A DNA stretch of 32,000 nt from Candidatus Saccharimonadota bacterium. Lineage in GTDB: Bacteria; Pseudomonadota; Gammaproteobacteria; Enterobacterales; Enterobacteriaceae. The position numbers and the translations under genes are program-made. Positions 29,042 through 32,000 of the stretch are shown piece by piece (positions within the stretch are counted from its first letter, which is position 1; each line of letters opens with the position of its first letter). Where the stretch lies: assembly GCA_000217635.1 (NCBI GenBank), contig CP001817.1, forward strand, positions 60,001-92,000. Reading direction: 5' to 3'. Below the pieces are notes generated by a model. It did not search any database. It was not told where the DNA came from and was given only the letters and a program-made list of their open reading frames with translations.

Positions 29042-30089
29042 ATGAAAAAAACTGATGAGCTACGAACTTCTCGTGTTAAACCGTTAATAACGCCGGCAGA
29101 ATTATCTTCTCGTTATATAATTACATCTGATGTAATGAATATGATTTTAAAAACTAGAAATAATATATCACGTATTTTAACAGGAAAAGATAAAAGATTA
29201 TTAGTAGTAATTGGACCATGTTCAATACATGATCCTATAGCAGCTATAGAATATGCAAAAAAGTTGCGCGTTTTACGGGATAAATTTTCTCCTTATTTAG
29301 AAATTATTATGCGTACATATTTTGAAAAACCGCGCACAGTTATTGGTTGGAAAGGATTAATTTCAGATCCATATTTAGATGAAACATTTCAAGTAAACAA
29401 AGGATTAGAGATTGCACGGAGTTTATTATTAAATATTAATATGTTGGGTATTCCAGCAGCTACAGAATTTTTAGACATAGTGATTGGACAATTTATTTCT
29501 GATTTAATTAGTTGGGGAGCTATTGGTGCTAGAACTACTGAAAGTCAAATTCATCGCGAAATGGCATCAGCGTTATCATGTCCAATTGGTTTTAAAAATG
29601 GAACCGATGGAAATATTTTAATAGCGATTGATGCAATACGTTCAGCACAATCTCGTCATTTATTCTTAGCTCCAAATAAATATGGAAAAATAACAATTAA
29701 TTATACAAGGGGTAATCCAGATGTACATATTATTATGAGAGGTGGAAAAATTCCTAATTATCATAAAAATGATATTCTGTTAGCCACGGAAGAACTAAAA
29801 AAAGTAAATTTAAAGGAATTTTTAATGATTGATTTTAGTCATGCTAACTCTTTAAAAGAACATTTACGACAACATAATGTAGCTGAATCTGTATCAAAGC
29901 AAATTTATGATGGATCAACATCTATTGTAGGAGTTATGATTGAAAGTTTTTTAAAAGAAGGTGCTCAAAAAGTTAGTAAAATAAAAAAATTTGGTTTTTG
30001 GTCAATCAATTACGGATTCCTGTTTAGGCTGGGAAGATAGTGTTTTAATTTTGGAAAAATTAGCTAAGTCAGTTAGTAGACGTTTTTAG
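29042..30089 (+). CDS. aroH: DAHP synthase (class I, AroH-like), with a frameshift in an A7 tract near the 3' end
   Basis: ORF 29042..30040 aligns to E. coli AroH up to ..VMIESFLKEGAQKVSK, then reads junk (IKKFGFWSINYGFLFRLGR*). After the A7 run (29983-29989) the next frame reads NLVFGQSITDSCLGWEDSVLILEKLAKSVSRRF*, matching E. coli ..[33 protein letters not shown], with a stop at 30087-30089. Confidence 0.88.
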
Positions 30090-30304
30090 GTGTCTTTTTA
30101 ATATTTATTATTGATATTTATAAAAATTATTATTTCATTATAGAATTTTTATAAAAAAATTAGATAAAAATTTTTAACAAAAAATAATATTTTAATATAA
30201 ATCATTTTTTTATAAATAAATGTTGAAATATTTTATATTTATTTATTTCTATCTAAAAATAGAAGATTGTGTTTATATTTTTATAAAGTTGTGAAGGATT
30301 AAAC

Positions 30305-32000
30305 ATGCCGGTTATTATGTTATGTAATGGAATAAGTAAAACTTATAAACGTGCGGTTTCTTTAAAAAAAATAATTCAAGATTTATATCCAGTTACAGAG
30401 CATAAAAATTTTATAGCTGGGTCAATTAATAAAAAAATAATTGATTTAAATACATTAATAATATGCGACTCTGTAATAACATTAATTAAAGAAGATGATA
30501 AAAAATTTTTATCAATGATTAGATATACTTTTATACAGTTATTAAATTATGTTTTAAAAGAAATGTGGCCTTCAATACAATTAGCGGGAGGAAAAATATC
30601 TGATTCAGGATTTTTTTGTGATTTTTATTGCCCAGTTTCTTTAAATAAATCAGATCTTAAAAATATTTCAACAAATATGTCTGATAAAATTGCTTTGAAG
30701 TATAATATTATTAAAAAAAAGTATGTAAAAATTGGTTTTTTTCTATTTTTAAAAAAAAATAATGAAAAATATAAACTTGATATTATTAAAGAAAAGTTAA
30801 TACAATCTAAAACTATTAATATATGTTATCATGAAAAATATTTTGAAGAATATGACATATCTCCAGTTCCTAATATTTCATTTTGTAGTCATTTTATTAT
30901 AAAAAATATATCAGGTGTTTATTGGAAAAATAATAAAAAAAAATATAATGTTACAGCGTATTCATGGTATTGCGTGGGCATCAAAAATCAATTATTAAAT
31001 TATATATTCTCTCTTAAAAAATTTGAACAACGTGATCACCGTAAGATAGCAAAAAGATTAAATTTATATCATATACAAAAAAATTCCCCTGGTATGATTT
31101 TTTGGCATCAAAATGGATTTATTATTTTCCAAGAACTAAAAAAATTTATTCGTATTAAATTAAAAAAATATTTATATTATGAGGTAAAAACTCCTATAGT
31201 GATTGATAAATCATTATGGAAAAAAAGCGGGCATTGGAAATTTTATAAAAATTCTATTTTTGTTACAAAGTCTGAAAATCAAGAATATTGTATTAAGCCT
31301 ATGAATTGTCCTGGACATGTACAGATTTTCAAACAAGGTATTAAATCATATAAAGATTTACCGATACGTATTGCGGAATTTGGTAGTTGTCATCGTAATG
31401 AGGCATCTGGTTCATTACATGGATTAATGAGGGTGCGTGGATTTACTCAAGATGATGCGCATATATTTTGTACAAACGAACAGGTAAAAACAGAATTAAA
31501 TTTTTGTATTAAAATATTATTTGAATTATATAATACTTTTGGTTTTAAAAAAATTACTGTAAAATTTTCTACCAGACCAATACAACGTATTGGACATGAT
31601 AAATTATGGGATCAAGCAGAAAAAGATTTAGAATCTGTATTAATTGAAAATAAATTGCCTTTTATTTATCAAAAAGGTGAAGGTGCCTTTTATGGTCCGA
31701 AAATTGAGATTGTTTTGGAAGATAGTTTAAAAAGATTATGGCAATGTGGTACTATTCAATTAGATTTTTATTTAGCAAAACAATTAAAAGCTTTTTATAT
31801 AGATAAAAATAATATTCGAAATTTTCCCATTATTATACACCGTGCTTTTTTAGGGTCTATTGAACGTTTTATTGGAATTTTAATTGAAGAATATAATGGT
31901 AGATTACCGGTATGGTTATCACCAGTACATGCGGTAGTTATGAGTATTTCTCAAAAAAATATTAATTTTGTTAAAAAAGTTACGAAATCATTAATAAAAA
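30305..32000 (+). CDS. thrS: Threonyl-tRNA synthetase, N-terminal about 565 codons (3' end outside the window); the frame is open throughout but contains a compensated frameshift pair
   Basis: ATG at 30305 follows an SD-like aagga. The frame is open to the window end, which is why it is absent from the ORF track. It is collinear with E. coli ThrRS (MPVITLPDG.. vs MPVIMLCNG..). Class II motifs are conserved: [57 protein letters not shown] and [16 protein letters not shown]. Confidence 0.92.
   Translation, partial: [565 protein letters not shown]

Noticed and set aside
30075-30100. Short inverted repeat agac...gtct after the reconstructed aroH stop, considered as a terminator
   Set aside because: It has only a 4-bp stem, which is too weak to call.
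1-32000. Searched for any novel multi-gene system: defence, secretion or toxin genes, integrases, transposases, or ORFs of unknown function
   Set aside because: Every substantial ORF is assignable to a well-known housekeeping or biosynthetic family in conserved enterobacterial or Buchnera-like order. No unexplained ORFs longer than about 60 aa remain outside known genes. The frameshift pattern is the only window-wide anomaly.

Overview
This window looks like core chromosome from a highly reduced, extremely AT-rich gammaproteobacterial insect endosymbiont. The gene content and order are: fliR; rpmG, rpmB and ppa; pmbA; rnpB; rsmI; fabB, tal, tkt and dapE; dapA; aroC; smrB; hisGDCBHAFI; gnd; metG; tilS; tRNA-Val; nth; tyrS; a sufA-like gene; aroH; thrS. 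This matches what I recall of Buchnera aphidicola, so identity calls rest on my own alignment of translated ORFs to E. coli proteins recalled from memory. I see no mobile elements, CRISPR arrays, phage or defence genes, toxin-antitoxin pairs or other accessory islands, and I cannot support a claim of a novel multi-gene system here. The most notable signal is how many genes are interrupted at homopolymer tracts. Eight of about 29 protein genes are affected: rsmI, pmbA, dapA, hisB, metG, tilS, aroH and thrS. Nearly all interruptions fall in sense-strand poly(A) runs, and the conserved protein sequence continues in another frame directly after the tract. The affected set includes essential genes (two aminoacyl-tRNA synthetases and tilS) and amino-acid biosynthesis genes. 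This points to homopolymer sequencing or assembly error, to rescue by transcriptional slippage at poly(A) tracts (reported earlier for Buchnera and Blochmannia, as I recall), or to real gene decay. thrS carries a compensating pair of frameshifts that keeps the ORF open but scrambles about 15 codons over a conserved motif, and its editing-site residues all appear substituted. Other minor points are a 919-bp nearly G/C-free spacer, an AT-expanded variable helix in RNase P RNA, a tRNA without encoded CCA, and apparent synteny-inferred gene losses. All coordinates come from manual reading, so ends of frameshifted genes are my reconstructions.
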